Under the pieces are notes generated by a model that worked only from the letters and a program-made list of their open reading frames with translations, was not told where the DNA came from and ran no database searches. A program made the translations under genes and the position numbers. From positions 62,001 through 126,000 of the forward strand of contig JALMLS010000488.1 in assembly GCA_038496445.1 (NCBI GenBank): a DNA stretch of 64,000 bases. Direction: 5' to 3'. This document shows, piece by piece, positions 1 through 13,681 of the stretch (position 1 is its first letter; every line of letters starts with the position of its first letter). Source of the DNA: Trichosphaerium sp. ATCC 40318 (Eukaryota > Protista > Tubulinea).

Positions 1-492
1 GAACAAAATATTAACGAATACGGGACACCATTGTATATTGCCTACCGCCTTGGTGGCGTAGGGCCGGTTATCAAACGTATTTCGGTGATAGAATTCGGTC
101 AAGAGTACTTTAGGGACGTATGCAATAAGTTTTCGATAGTGCGTAGCGACACCATGGGTAACGGAAATCTAAATGAGGGGACGAGGTCGTCAAAATTCTT
201 GTACATTGGGTATATACTACAAGCCATTGAGTTTGTAGTGTAAAAAGTAAACGACATTTTACAAAAATGCCAAAATTGGCAGAAAATCGATCATTCGATT
301 GTATAAAATCCTGGCGCGTTGTGGTGACCCGTTTGGGTGTTACCACGTTTATCAAGACGTCAAAAGTAGATTTAGGTGTAAACCTCGCTTAAATCGTTAA
401 GATATTGCGTGTCGTCTTGTTGGTTCGTTGTGCAATGTGTGCACTACGGTAATAGTCAAATAAGATACAATATTATCTTCAAACCGTTTATA

Positions 493-1279
493 ATGGACAC
501 ACAACCTTTGCGGTTTGTAGCAGGCAAAGCTGATGCTATTTCTAAGTGGATATTCTCGCTGGTGTCAAGACGGAATAATAGAACGATTTTATTGCTGACT
601 TCGTCTATTCTATGCTTTATACACTCTCTGCCATTGATTTACCCGCGATACTTCGTAAACCTATCAAAAGGTGACATTACGCTTCCAAACCGTATTTCTA
701 ACGTCTGAATAAAGGTAAAACTAAAAAAGGAACCGAAACAGAAGTATGTACCAGCAACATTCCATAAAGTCGCCGAATTGTGTTCATTTGTAACGAATAT
801 AGGTTCACTTGCTTAGATCTCTTGGAATATTTAATTTGGTAGTGGGCACGTTTTTTTCATTTAGTGCTGTTGGCGGCTTGGACATTCAAAAAGTACCTTT
901 ATTTTTGCTTAGCCTTCGCATAGCGTTATTTTTTATTTATTACTAGGTTGGTTTGCTCTGTTTGACGCTATTTCATGGTGGTTTCGCGTCAGTTGAAATG
1001 CGTAACTTGATGGACAAAGAACAAAATCTTCATGGTGAATATTCAAGTTAGTCAACTTGTTTTTATGCAGTGGTTACTCACAACACTTTATAGCGTCTGG
1101 TCTAGGATTTGGCGTACTATTTCACATGGCATTTAGCACTCTAGGACTTGCTCAATACATAAGTAAGTTGACTCCAAATCTTGCTTTTATTTTTTTCTTT
1201 GTGTCGATTAACAAAAACTGAATTGATTGTTGCAGCTTCTCGCAATGTTCCCAACTTTCCTATAACCTATTATGGATGA
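493..1279 (+). CDS. Hypothetical small multi-exon membrane protein (start uncertain)
   Basis: GT-AG bounded exons give hydrophobic segments VGLLCLTLFHGGF and GLGFGVLFHMAFSTLGLAQYI, ending NVPNFPITYYG-TGA. No family recognised. Confidence 0.35.
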
Positions 1280-1353
1280 TATAGCCTATAACAACGGTTA
1301 TTTTGTATCAAGAGAAATATAATCTATTAAATACGACGAATACCTCTTTTTTT

Positions 1354-2816
1354 TCAGCACGTGCTGATTTCGTAAGGACTATTTGAAATGTGCTGGCCTT
1401 GAATCTTTACTCCAAAAGAATACTTGGCGCTAGGTATGCTAAGATTGCTTGAAACACTCCATGTGCCATCTCCTTTGTCTTGGAGCGTTGGTTGACTTGC
1501 GCCTCCCTAGCATCACAGTTATTATGTTTATACGCGTGATTACCAGTACGGACCTCTGGTCCAGATAATTCTATGGCCCACGCTTCATTGCCAACAACCA
1601 TTTGCCTGTTTTTTTAGTACAGTTTGGGGAATATCAACTTTTGTGTGACACGTACCTTCCATCACTGTCAATTCCTTGTATAGTGATGTAGCATTGTCCA
1701 GTATTGATGACTTTTGCCCCACTTACAGTACTACGAGTTGAGGCCTCTGTAGTGGTATTAGATGAACATTTACGTCTAGACATAAAGAAAAATTACTCAC
1801 TCCCTGTAACTACAACAGAGCTTGTTGCAACATTAGAATTATTGTGAACCACCCTGATGTTGTATTGTCCAGGCGCTGATACTTTGTACTCGGCTCTGTA
1901 GTTGGCACCACCACCGGACACATTGGCGAGTGTGGTTGTTGGCCCTCTATCCCGTATTAGTACAGTAAGCACTTAGGAATGTGTCACACTCGACGTATAC
2001 AGTTAGGTCGCCAGGGCTAATATTAGCGGGGCGACCTGAGGCATCGGCTGTTGTCATATTGAAAGAGATAGGCACATTTATCTTGCCGCCCACATTAAGC
2101 CCTGGACCAGAGCAAGTGATGCGAATTTGTCCTCCAGCCTTTTCTGTACAAGTTGTAAGTCACTACCAATATTCGTGGTTAGTACCAAGTCCAGCGTGGG
2201 AACCACTGAAGTTTTCAACATTGCTAGCAGAGAATACACTAAAGAAGCTCACTAAGCATTGTAAACTAAAAGATTCGATCTTGTCGTACTCCAAGCCAGT
2301 CTTGAAGAGCTGTCTTCCTTGCCTAGATATTGTAATATCGTGCATGCCAGCCTCATGAGGTTCCAACCTGAAGGCGTATCTACCTAGTTTTGAAGATTAA
2401 AACGCGTTTCTTTTTTATCGGTCACGTGATTTTTATACAAAACCACCAAAGCGGAGCGTACCGGGTCTTTTTTCGTACATGGTGTACGTAGAATTACGTG
2501 ATCTGCTTGATACGTTAACGCTAAAATCAGAAGCCGAAACAGATACTGGAGAGCCTGTGTTCTTATCAGTGACGAGCACGAAGAACTCTCCAGACATATT
2601 AACGCCCATAGATCTAGGTCCTTCAAGATTGAAACGGGCTGCCTTTTTGAAGCTTGTTATTAATAATTTTAATGTCACGGTACCATTTGGTGCTTGTAGT
2701 TCGCCTGTAGTTTTATGTCTAGATTTAACTGACTTATTTACTTCCGGAGATTCACAGGAAACATTTGTATTACCGTTCTATAAACTGTAAATAACAACAT
2801 CAGCTATACCTTTCAT
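1354..2816 (-). CDS. Filamin/ABP120-type Ig repeat protein
   Basis: Spliced exons give filamin-repeat motifs FRLEPHEAGMHDITI, YKVSAPGQYNIRVVH and QDKGDGTWSV...YSFGVKIQGQHISNSPYEI. TGA at 1354-1356. Confidence 0.7.
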
Positions 2817-2923
2817 GTAACCAAATTTGGCTGTTTGAGAAAAACGTATTGTTGCATAACGCCGCAAGAAATCACGTGATACACAAATTGGTTCTAATGA
2901 TATTGAGGAGTCTCGTTGTAAGT

Positions 2924-4488
2924 TTATTTTTTCCTGCACACAAGGCAACGTTCATTACTGTTAGCCAGACACCACAGCTTTCTGATAACTTCAAAATCTG
3001 TAAACCTTTTTACAAAATCCTGGATCAAACTATCCGTTTTAGCTGTAATAATTGTAGGGTGTCGCTTCGGCCATTTAAGCGTCAGAATAACGTAGCCACC
3101 AGAGTTCATAAATGTATGGAGTGTTGAAAACACGTTGTCCAACATCTCTTTTGGGTCATTGTTTATGTCAACAACCTAGTTGCAAAGTGAGCAAAAAACA
3201 AACAAACAAACCAAAAAGAATTTGCAGCAAGCCCATTGGGGTATCAAAACCACTGATGGTACGTACCATTAAGTCGTATTTATATTCTCCTATCTCATCA
3301 AGGGCGAATTGTGCCCTAAATTTGGAATAAAGATTTGTTTTTGTGATAGAATGGTTTGTTTACCTTTTTTGAATATGTCGAATTTTGTCGTTTGGTGCAA
3401 TCTATAAGCATCCAGTTAACGCTAATATGAAGGGATAACTTTGTACCTTTAGTTTTCCTGGATCTACAGCGACAACAAATGATACCTTCCCACTTAGGTA
3501 CTCAGACCATCCTATAAAGTCGTAAGTGATCATCACTAAAGTTCATGAAAAGAAGTATGAAGCATACCTCCTGGTGAAGCACCAACATCGATGGCTACCC
3601 ACTCTGGCTTTAATTCTAAATGAACTACATTGCAAATAAATATTGAATGGAGCCACAAACAAAACACAAAGAAAGTTGAAACGCACCTCGCTCTATTGTT
3701 TCTTTGAGTTTGTAATAAGCACGTGACAGTCTGTGTTTTTTAACAGAGTGTATTGCGTTTTCAACACAAAAGAAGACTTCTTTAGGAGCTAGTCCCATGT
3801 AGTAGCCGTCATCAACGCATATGATACTCAAGTAGTGACTAAATTCCTTTGGATGCAATTTAACGCCATTCTCTTCGAGTGTATCCAGGATTTGGTCGCT
3901 TCTGCCTTTTGGGAATATTTGTACTCGGAGTGTCAAGTCTGCGATGTCAAAGGACGACACGTCGAGTGTAGGCACTTTTTTGGTGATTGTGTAGTATCTT
4001 AGCTGTTTGTTAGTGGTCTTGTAAGATAAAACACCGCCAGAGTAAAATATGGGATAATACCATGATCTATACGCTAGGCGGTGCTATTGTAGTACCTGTG
4101 TACGTAGCGATAGAGCATATCGTGTTTAAATAGTTCCAAGAGGAACTAATGCCATTATGGGTGACTATGGAGTGTGCCAATGCGTACGGAATGAGGATTA
4201 GGGTGTTCCAGCCACACTAGTGATGGGAGTGTAGCAGCTACGCTTGCTTCAGGGTATACCTCAGGAATGTACCTACATTGGTAAGAAGTGCGCTCGTTTT
4301 GTGCGGAAAATGTACTCTGCGATTCTGCTTGTATGCGTATCATCGCACATTACAACGACATAGCCTAATCCAGGCTTGTTGGAATTAAAGAACGTATTTG
4401 AAGGTGTAGACTCCTTTTTGGTACTCTCAGAGGTACTCGACGCAATGGCGTCATCATCTAGCTTGATCCGCTTTGTCTTAGGTTCCAT
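2924..4488 (-). CDS. FtsJ/RrmJ-fold, RlmM-like RNA 2'-O-methyltransferase
   Basis: SRAYYKLKE, VAIDVGASPGG|WSEYL, VVAVDPG and GGYVILTLKW motifs. Basic N-terminus MEPKTKRIKL. Confidence 0.75.
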
Positions 4489-4665
4489 ACGTTATTAATA
4501 CTCTGAAAATACGAAAAAAGTGAAAATTGACACCAACTTAACATTTACCGGACTTAAACAGGGTGGTGTCACGTGTTTTATTTTAAGTATGTTGCAACAC
4601 GTGTTCTTTTATGTACATTTGCTACATACAATGGCTGTCAACTAATGTGGTGTGCAAACAACGTA

Positions 4666-7657
4666 TTATTGGGCGTCAGCTTCTGCCTGTACGAGGTCGC
4701 CTGACGAAAAAATGAGCTTAAAGTGTTCCAAAACACCCTTCTCGTATCCTAGCTCTGCTAGCGCTCGCTTTACTACACCAAGTATTAGTATTCATACGGT
4801 TAAAAGTCGAATACCTGTTGGCCATTCAGGTGCTTCTTTGGCATTCTTTGGGAGCGCGCGGAGGAAAGAAATTAAGGAATTTCTTAGTTCTATGCGTTTG
4901 TGTGTTAGCCACTCACAAAATATGGGTTGAAGATAAGAAACTACCTATTTGAGATTGATTCAGGAGAGCATCATATTGAGGTTTAAGAAGAAATTCTTTT
5001 GTAGTGGTTGCCAAAGAGCAGACATAGTCGAGGAATATTTCCTAGTTTGTCACGTGTTAGTTATTTATAGAGGTACAAGACTGAAGAGACGTACTATTCT
5101 CCTAGCTGCTTCAGGTATTGAAGCTGACTCGTCTGACATTGGTACTACATGTAAGTCATTACCCCATATCAGTTGTGTTTCATGATTGCTCCTAATTAGT
5201 TCATTCAAAGTTAGTAATAATTCTTCTTTTGTTTGTGTAGTACAAGAGCTGTAAGGCAGTGCCGAACTTGGCATCAAGTTGTTGCCGTTTTTGCTGTATT
5301 ACATCGGGGTTTTCCGTCCACTTTGCCCCTTTGCTAAAAGTTTACAATGTGAGTATTTGTTCAATTGTCTTTATATTGTGTCATACCTCGATGATATAGA
5401 TCGTCTTACTTCATCAGCAATGCGATGAAAGTTATCATCCTTTAACGAGAACCCAGCAAAGAGCATATGTTGCGTAATTAACAGTGATTGTACGATACCC
5501 GACAGTGCTGATCTGCGTGTTGCATAGCGCATGTAATGTTCCTAGTATTGTTAATAAAATCTGAAATCCAATCAATTAAAGCTGATGGACTCACCCTTGT
5601 GAGTACAATATCCTCAGGGTGGCTCGCGCAGCCATGAAGTTTGAGTATCCATCTATCACACTTTGAAGCAGGCGCATACGGTAAAATGGCCGTGTCTAGT
5701 ACTAATTTAGATATTACTTTGTCATCGACAACTTTACCGTATCCAGCGCTTCTGGAAGCTAACTCAAACATTTCATTGTAATTTGTCGTGACTATCTAAA
5801 AAAAATGGATAGGTTAACCCTTAATTTAATTAGGTCGCGATAATCTTACTTGATGTACTGGAAGTCCAGCAAGGAGTGTACATGACAAAGAGTATGAATG
5901 CACTTGTACAAGCTCTGCAACTGTTTTATTGAGTTCTGTTTCACCTCCTAGACGGTTCTCAATAACAGAAGCACTGTCCAGGACATTCATCTAACAAAGG
6001 GTCAGTTCAACACTTGTTAACACAACTATCGTTTCGTTATACATACCTTTTTAATGACAGCTTTTTCTTTGGGCGTCATTTGTGCGCGATCTGCCAGTCG
6101 TTCAAGCAACTCTCCCCACGTAGGCATACCTGCCCCTGCACTAGTACATGAGATTAACGAACAATCAAAGCTGTATAAGTTCCTAAAAGGGACTGTTACC
6201 TAACGCCAGATCCCAAGAACAGGACTAACCGCTCATCTCGTAGAAGATTAGCACTAACTTTATTAGGTGTTTGAAATTTATGCCAGTTGAATCACGTGCA
6301 GTCGTTTGCCTTCACTCAAGAGTTTGTCATCATGATTTAGTACTTTTCTCCAGAGGTTGACCTGTTTAGCAAAACGTTCACGTTCTAATTGAATAGCTGT
6401 GATAGCAGCACGTTTCAAGTTGACAAGTGCTATATCAAACTCAAACCTAGACAAGAAGGGTAAAAACCAACAAAAAAAAAACTTGATATTAAGAAAAACG
6501 GAATAGTACTTTTTAGCAGCCTTGAACAATACAGGAAGAAGTGATACTATAATACCTCCTGTTGACCTACACAGTACAATAAATATCAATATCAAATACA
6601 AACAAGCGACTCACGCGCTGGCACCTCCTTGTCCTGTTCCAACAAGTGGTAATGCAACAAGATGTTTCCATCTTCCGTTTCTTGGTTTTTTGTCTTTCAA
6701 GTCGTCATGAACTTGAGAAAAGAATTCACGTGCTCCATCAATGTACCACTAATTTAGAATCATGACTGTGTTTTAACCTTTTTTTAAAATACATACTTGA
6801 ATATCAGCGATTGGTTTCCTTTCATGTTTCTGCGCAATTCGGTTCGAATGTATAAGTTTATCACAGCTAAAAGAGCCATGTTAAATCGTTCATAAACAGT
6901 CATGTATACTCTTACCGAGAACATAATTGTGCCTTATCTGCTTCACAATATATAGTAGCGCTCATTTCGACATTACAATGGTGACAAGCAGGGAGCTACG
7001 CCGAGGAACTGTCAGTACCTATTCAACAAAAAAAAAGAAAAAAGGATGTACTTTTATCCCACCAACATTTACTAGCCATGGCATACCACGTGACTTTCTA
7101 TACTCATAACCGTTACATTTGAATACTCTCATCGCTATATAAATTTATCAGAAAGACAGCTGAGTTTAAAAGACGAATAGGTTATTGCCTTTGTTGGTCC
7201 AATCCTTTGGTCTTTGAGGAAGCCCAAGTTTTTCTTTTGGAACGCCCCACGTTTTTTCAACGGTCCATTTTTCATCCGTTGGAAGCTGAAAAAAGCGATT
7301 ACGTGAGGTTCTTAGTCATAGCAGTAAAAGTCGTACCATCCATGCGTCACAAGTTAATTTGGAAAGATCGCCATGCACTACAAACACATGGCCGCTTTGT
7401 GGAGTGATTTCATACTGATCCAACGTACGATATGCCTGTTTACGTAGGATATCGCGAACTTTGTTATACGGTTTAGATTTCGTTATTTTATATTACGTAC
7501 GTCCTTCTATGTTCGCATCTAAGGCTTTACGACCTCCTTTGGGCGTAATGCAAGCAGAACTATTGAGGTTTTTTGCCATTGCCGGCACAGACGTCCCATT
7601 GGTCGGGGTAACTATATTTGCCGATAACGGCGTGGTTATATTGCTTTCTTCGGCCAT
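4666..7657 (-). CDS. Macrodomain-like + SIR2_2 (SIR2-like) fusion protein
   Basis: N-terminal GHVFVVHGDLSKLTCDAWMLPTD and LVALPLVGTGQGG (macro-like). C-terminal LVLFLGSGVSAGAGMPTWGELL, IVTTNYNEMFE, LKLHGCASHPEDIVLT and HMLFAGFSLKDDNF (SIR2_2). About a dozen introns. Confidence 0.85.
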
Positions 7658-7818
7658 ATTGATTAATAAGCCGTAGTAGTGCTATTTTGACGTAATTCCG
7701 TAAATTTGACGAGTTCAGAGATCGTTTTACGGTTTTTTCTTAAGGTTTTTGTACAAATGTTAAGCCGACTTAAGATTTTCAGTGAAAAAAAAGTTCAAGT
7801 GGGCCTTCTTACGGAATC

Positions 7819-9395
7819 TCAGTACACTGGAAATTCTGGATCAACCTCTTTGGCCCACGCCTCCAATCCTCCACGCACATTGCGTACAGACTTGAAGCCA
7901 TTGGATAAAAGTATTTGGGTTGCGATTTGAGAGTCAACACCTCGCCTGCAAAGTACAAAGATATCTTTATCTTTCTGAAGCTCATTTGCTCTTTCGTTGA
8001 TTTCTTCTAAAGGTACATCTAGAATATTTGAGTTAGCTATTACTTTGGTGTCCAGGATTTACGTTTAGATCCTTTCAAAGAGCATATCTTAAACTGGGTT
8101 TCGTTCCTGACGTCAAGAAGTACATGAGGTTTTCCTTCTTTTTGTATTTTCTGCAACTCTGTAGCTGTAATAGAAAGGGATTCATGCAGTGTATCGTTCA
8201 AGAGAGGCTATAATATGTCATTAAAGAATACCAGAAATACAGTCTCAAGGTGAGTTTTACCTTATCTGATGAAGGTGCTCCACAAAATTGTTCATAGTCG
8301 ATTAGAGTCGTTATTGTAGGGTTGCTACCTTTCACTAAATTAGCACGAAAATCTCGTCAACACGTCATACCACATACGCAACAATTCTTGTTTGTTGGTA
8401 ACGAAATGCGTGTAAAGCTAGCCGACAGTGCGCTGTACAATAATAATTTTTTTGACAAGGTTTCTGTTTGAAATGTCAATGAGGTAAAATGAAGAGCTAC
8501 AAATGACATACCACCAATATCACATATAATCTTGATAACCTCCATAGCTTGCAGGCATCCAATTGTACCGGGTACTATCCTTGTATTAGAACAATATTTT
8601 TTAGGTGTTCGTACCAACACCAACAACACCATTGTCGTTGCAACTTGATACTGTATCTGGTGAAGGTGGTGTAGGGAAAATACATCGCATGCAGGGTCCA
8701 CCTTTGTGATTGTATACTGTCAACTTTGTTGACGTTAGTAAGTACTTTAATAGCTTAATATAGCAAGTACCTGTCCTTCAAAACCAATTGCACTGCCAGA
8801 CACAAGAGGCTTCTTAGAGAGTACACATGCGTCATTTAATAAGTATCTTGTGGGCACATTATCTGTGCAATCAACAACTACATCATACGGTGCTATTATA
8901 GACATGCAGTTTTTCGATGTAAGAAGTGCTTTATGGGTGACTATTGAGATATCCGAATTCAACCCTTCTAGGCGTTCCTTTGCTGACTGTACTTTGCTCA
9001 CGTTTCTAACTTGATTATCACGTGGAGCCTCAAAAATCGTTTCAGCACGTACACTTTGTTTTCGGAATGTATGATTTGCCTGTGAAGGTTATTGAGGTCC
9101 ACTGTATCAGAATCTACAATACACATCTTTCCTTAAACAATATGAGTGCCATACTACGTATTACGCGTATATACCTATGCCAGCACCCGCTAGATACAGT
9201 GCTGCACTCGCACCAATGCCACCAGCCCCAACAAGTACAATACTCGCTCCACGAAGTTTTAATTGGCCTATATACGCATGTTAGCCACAATTGCGGAAAA
9301 CAGAACTGACCTTCAATTCCAAACTCAGCCAGGATTAGCTGGCGACCGTATCTACCAACCTCGCGGTTTGTTAAAGCGTAGGGGGCGCCTTTCAT
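7819..9395 (-). CDS. MOCS3: Adenylyltransferase/sulfurtransferase MOCS3/Uba4 (ThiF + rhodanese)
   Basis: [48 protein letters not shown]. Rhodanese [11 protein letters not shown]...[17 protein letters not shown]-stop. Confidence 0.95.
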
Positions 9396-9859
9396 TGTGT
9401 TACAGCACTTTTTGCTACAACTTAAGTTAACTGCAGTGTAAACAGTAATTTCATTATCAACGATGCTACGCTTAGCGTGCTCACATCCTATGATGGCTGG
9501 TACGTTATGATAGATTAAATAAGCTTCATTTACCATATTCAAGCGCGGTGTGCGCGACGAGAGCAACAACAAGTGTCAGAACAGATAGAATCCAATTCGC
9601 GCTATCATCACAATTATTCTAATACCCACCACGTGCGTACACTACGCGTAGAGCGGTTATACGTAAATGAGGAAGTGATTACTAACAATTTTATGCTTTA
9701 GACACGAACGCGTCACAACCGCACGCGATTTCAACGCCGTACCATCATAAAACAAGACAGCAACACCAACATTTCGTATGTAAAGTGGTTTGTACGTGTA
9801 AAACCTTTCTTGTATACAAGTAAGTCTCATATACTCTCAACAGGGTCCAACGATAGTAA

Positions 9860-10832
9860 TTGGGGCGGTACTTGGCTTGTATAATATGGGTACGCTTATT
9901 AGATGAGGCTGAAACAGATCTGAAGCTTACATGTTTGCAGTCGCTTCAGACAGTAGTTCGAGAGCGGCAGAATTCCATGCTGCAATATTTGAACGGGCAT
10001 CAACCGACAGAGACAGACAAATACTCACTGAATTGTACGTCATCTCTCCCCTTTTTTAACGTATTTCTAAGTCTTTAAACTAGAGAGGCAGGTGCAATAG
10101 AGCCAAGCTGGACACAGGAGCAACATGACGCCTTGCAACAAGCAGTGCTTGCCAGCCAAAACGCATTTAATGCACGTCAAAAAAAAGCCTTAAATTTTCT
10201 CGTAAAACCAAACGACGTCGTTGCTAAAACCGACTCTAGGATCCAGTGCTAGTCGCGACTGAAAAAAGTGATTTATTGAAGTACTACGCTGCACTTCAGC
10301 CCGTTGCTGTATACATAAGTATGGATCCAAAGAGAGACTTACATGAACAATTAATGGACGCTTTATTGCCGAGGAGTAAAACTGAAATGTCATGGTATCA
10401 TACAGCTACAGGTTTCGGCAATGCAGCTCGCTACGCTTATTCTGGTGACTTGAAGATGGGTACACGTGCTCAACTATTTTTACAGAATGGATACGATGGA
10501 CTGACGCTTGCGAAAAACCGTACGCATTTTTGGGTTTTTTTTGCTGTTATTCATTGTTTGTCTTAGAGCTAGAAGAGAATGTGATAGTTATTCTTGACAA
10601 TGTCGATGCCATTGATAAAAAGGATACTCTAAGAAAGATGCAGGACCTTCATTATATTTTACCAAAGTGCAACGTTACACTAGTAATAGCTGTAAAGGAC
10701 AGGAAGGTGTTGGATATCCCTAAAGTGGCTTTTGGCGATGCTAAGGCTGTTCGAAAACATAAATTTTATAAAGAGATATTAAGGAGCCCCAGCGATGATT
10801 TGAATAGTAACACTCAAATACTTGAGTTGTAA
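9860..10832 (+). CDS. Hypothetical protein (start unresolved)
   Basis: In-frame spliced exons ending NSNTQILEL-TAA. VIVILDNVD resembles a Walker B but no Walker A was seen. Confidence 0.45.
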
Positions 10833-11164
10833 ACAAGTCTAACAATTAAAATAAAAAAATTTGACACATGGCGTGTCAACTTGTTTCAAATATTCTCTGA
10901 AGTCGATCACCCAAAACAAAGGTCACAAAAAGTCACGTAACATCTAATCAAAATATCCGAATTGCCTTGAACTCAACTATGGAGAATACACAAGTGTTTG
11001 ACGCTGACAATTTCGATCCAGAGAAGCTTCTAGAGCTTGAAGGTGTCGAGAGTGTTGTAGATAACACCAAGGACCCACGTAAACACCTTGATTTCGTGCG
11101 TATATGATTATAATCGCTATTGAAGTTAAAATACGCTCAGAGGGAGCATTTTGAAAAGAGAGCA

Positions 11165-11885
11165 ATGACTGAGGCGTATCAGACCGCCTACTTGGCAGAA
11201 AATGAGAGAGAAAAAGCTATTATGGACAGGTGAGCATTTATATTCCATTTTAAAGGATTTATTTCTGCAAAATGCGCCAAAGGCCTTCTAAATCGCTAAC
11301 AACATCGTAGATTGAAGAGTGATGGCATTTTGGGTAGCGCCGCATGGGCTGCTGGTGTTTGGCTGCCACTCCATTTGAGTACGGACAGTGTCACAGTTAA
11401 ATCCCGCTAACAGCGTTGTTAAGTTGCTCAATCATACAGACACATGCCCTTGGGTCCTAGGTGGGGATTTCCTATTGGTACAATTTTCCTAACTGTCATC
11501 TGTCAAAAACAGTGTGTTAACATTCTTCTAGCGACTGGGTTCCTTGCTGGAGGTATAAACTTCTACTTTGTAGCAAATCGTGCATTGCATGAGCTTGTAG
11601 ATCTTGATGGAGAAACACCTCTGGGTAGACAAACGAGACGTGCAATCTATGAAATCAAGAAAGATGTCAAAACAATAAAAGGAGGAAGTGCGTCAAAAAT
11701 TACATGAAGTTTTTTTTTTGGTGCTCACAAAAGACAAATTAGAAAAAGCGGATCTTGAAGAGGAAACAGCAAAAGCACAGCGTAGAATGGATGTTGACAT
11801 GCTTGAACGCAAAATATATCAGATGGAGGATAAAGAAAAGACTGATAATATAGAACCAATCACAGCAATCGATGATGTAGAGTAG
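11165..11885 (+). CDS. Small two-TM membrane protein, weakly OCIA-domain-like
   Basis: Four exons: MTEAYQ...GILGSAAWAAGVWLPLHL...GFPIATGFLAGGINFYF...ETPLGRQTR, then an acidic tail. The family call is a weak resemblance only. Confidence 0.5.
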
Positions 11886-12156
11886 AAAAGCAAAAAAAAA
11901 AAAGACACATTTTGGAGCAAAATATCACTACGCGTGCTACTTGATAACTACTCGTTAATGTAGTTATAACCCCACTTGTAGAGATATTGTCAATTAGCTA
12001 TAGATCAACGTATGGCTTACACATTGTAATATAAATATCCCAGTTGTAGCACATTGTATGTTTGATTCAGTCACATTCCAACAAAAATTGTGGGGAGTTA
12101 CTTCACTTGGAGCTAGGATTGTCAAGTTTCTGTTAACGGTCAATTTTCATTCAAAA

Positions 12157-13063
12157 TGGCTGAACAAAAAGCAACCGACTGGGTCTCATGGTTCGAAAAG
12201 AACCAAATCGAACTTAAGAAACCACCTTTTGGTACGTTTAAATGATTTTCACATTTAACGTTATAGGTCTTGCTCCAATTGAGAAATCAAGCGCTGAGGT
12301 CATCAAAAAATGTGAGGCTGAACTAAATTGTACATTCCCAGACGACTATAAATCTTTTTCACAACAAATAGGAGCAGGCACGTTCTATTACGCGTAATAA
12401 TTCATATTAACGCGTATTCAGGTACAATTGGTCGCGTTCGTGTATTTTGGTATGCTATCTTGTTTAAAACACTTCAAACGCTTAAAAATCGCTTACAATG
12501 TCAAGTCCCGTGGCTGGTGGTGGATCATGTGACTTACGTTTTCAATCCAGTGTAGTTCGGGTACAGAAATACGTCACGAACCAATTGTAGCCTTACACTG
12601 TGCGCTACGACTAGGGAAAATTCAATGATCCTGATTTTGTAAACAAACATGACTTTGATCTATCAACAGCTGTATTTTTTGCTCAAGACAAGGTTTACGG
12701 CTACTGGTTCTGTTGGCTACCAAATGATAAAGCACGTAGCTGACTAATCATCTACGCATACTTACAAACTATGAGCACAGAACAAGGATATCGTGTATTG
12801 TGTTGATGTACGCAACAAGATGCCAAAGCCTCCACGTCTAGCAAAAACCTTTGTATCATTTATAGAGCGCGTCTGCTTGGGCACTTTGATGGATGAGCTT
12901 GGTTTGAAAAAGATGAGTACACTCCAACAAGGCGGTCAAGTTGATAGTGACAGCGACGAAGAAGGTACTAGGAAAAATGCTGAACTATCTTTGCTACATA
13001 TTCTGACCTCGTTGCTTAGATCCTAAACCACCACCAAGAGTATTTGTACCATTTAGAGGGTGA
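12157..13063 (+). CDS. SMI1/KNR4 (SUKH) family protein
   Basis: SSAEVIKKCEAELNCTFPDDYKSFSQQIGAG, AVFFAQD...YWFCW, IVYCVD and LAKTFVSFIE match the SUKH core. Two GC-AG introns. Confidence 0.75.
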
Positions 13064-13681
13064 GTGCAGTAGCAGGATCCCGTGTTGCATAAATAACCTA
13101 ATTTGAGTGTATGACTTTATTTTTGAGACACAGTTCAAGGCAAACAATATTAGTTGTAACATACCCATTGTTCCTAAAATGGAATATGATTAGTTTTAAC
13201 TTACCCTGCGCTGCAAATAATTTGCAAAATAGCCTCCCCAGAAACAGCCTTACAGTACATTACAGCACCCACTGAGATGTCCCAGAAAGCGCCATAGGTA
13301 GCCCTTTTGCAACTCTGCAAGCTACCAATTATTACATCCTTGTGGAGTACTTTACATCATGGTAAGAGGAGAAAGTCACGTGCGCTCTACAAATAATGAG
13401 TGGCGTTTTAAAAAGAATTGCGTTGAGGTAAATGTTCTACATACTTCCTTTGTAATGTCTCAAACTGCTGGAGCATGACGCTGCTTGAATAAATTTTGTT
13501 TCAACGACTCTGAATCTTGTTGACCTTTGTCAACTTTATGTTAACTGTAGCACGCTACACTAGCCCCTACGCGTTGTTTTCTGTTATGTAGGCGTATCAG
13601 TTCGTTAAAATGGTAACCAGACGTTAAAATGCTTAAACTTACTCTATTACGTAGCTCTCGGCTAATTTACAAGAAGCTTTA

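Noticed and set aside
1-243. ORF fragment at the window start
   Set aside because: May be the end of a gene but has no recognisable motif.
4666-13063. Prokaryote-style defence island (SIR2 + ThiF/E1 + SUKH)
   Set aside because: The ThiF gene is ordinary housekeeping MOCS3/Uba4. The genes are separately oriented and intron-rich, so adjacency alone shows no functional link.
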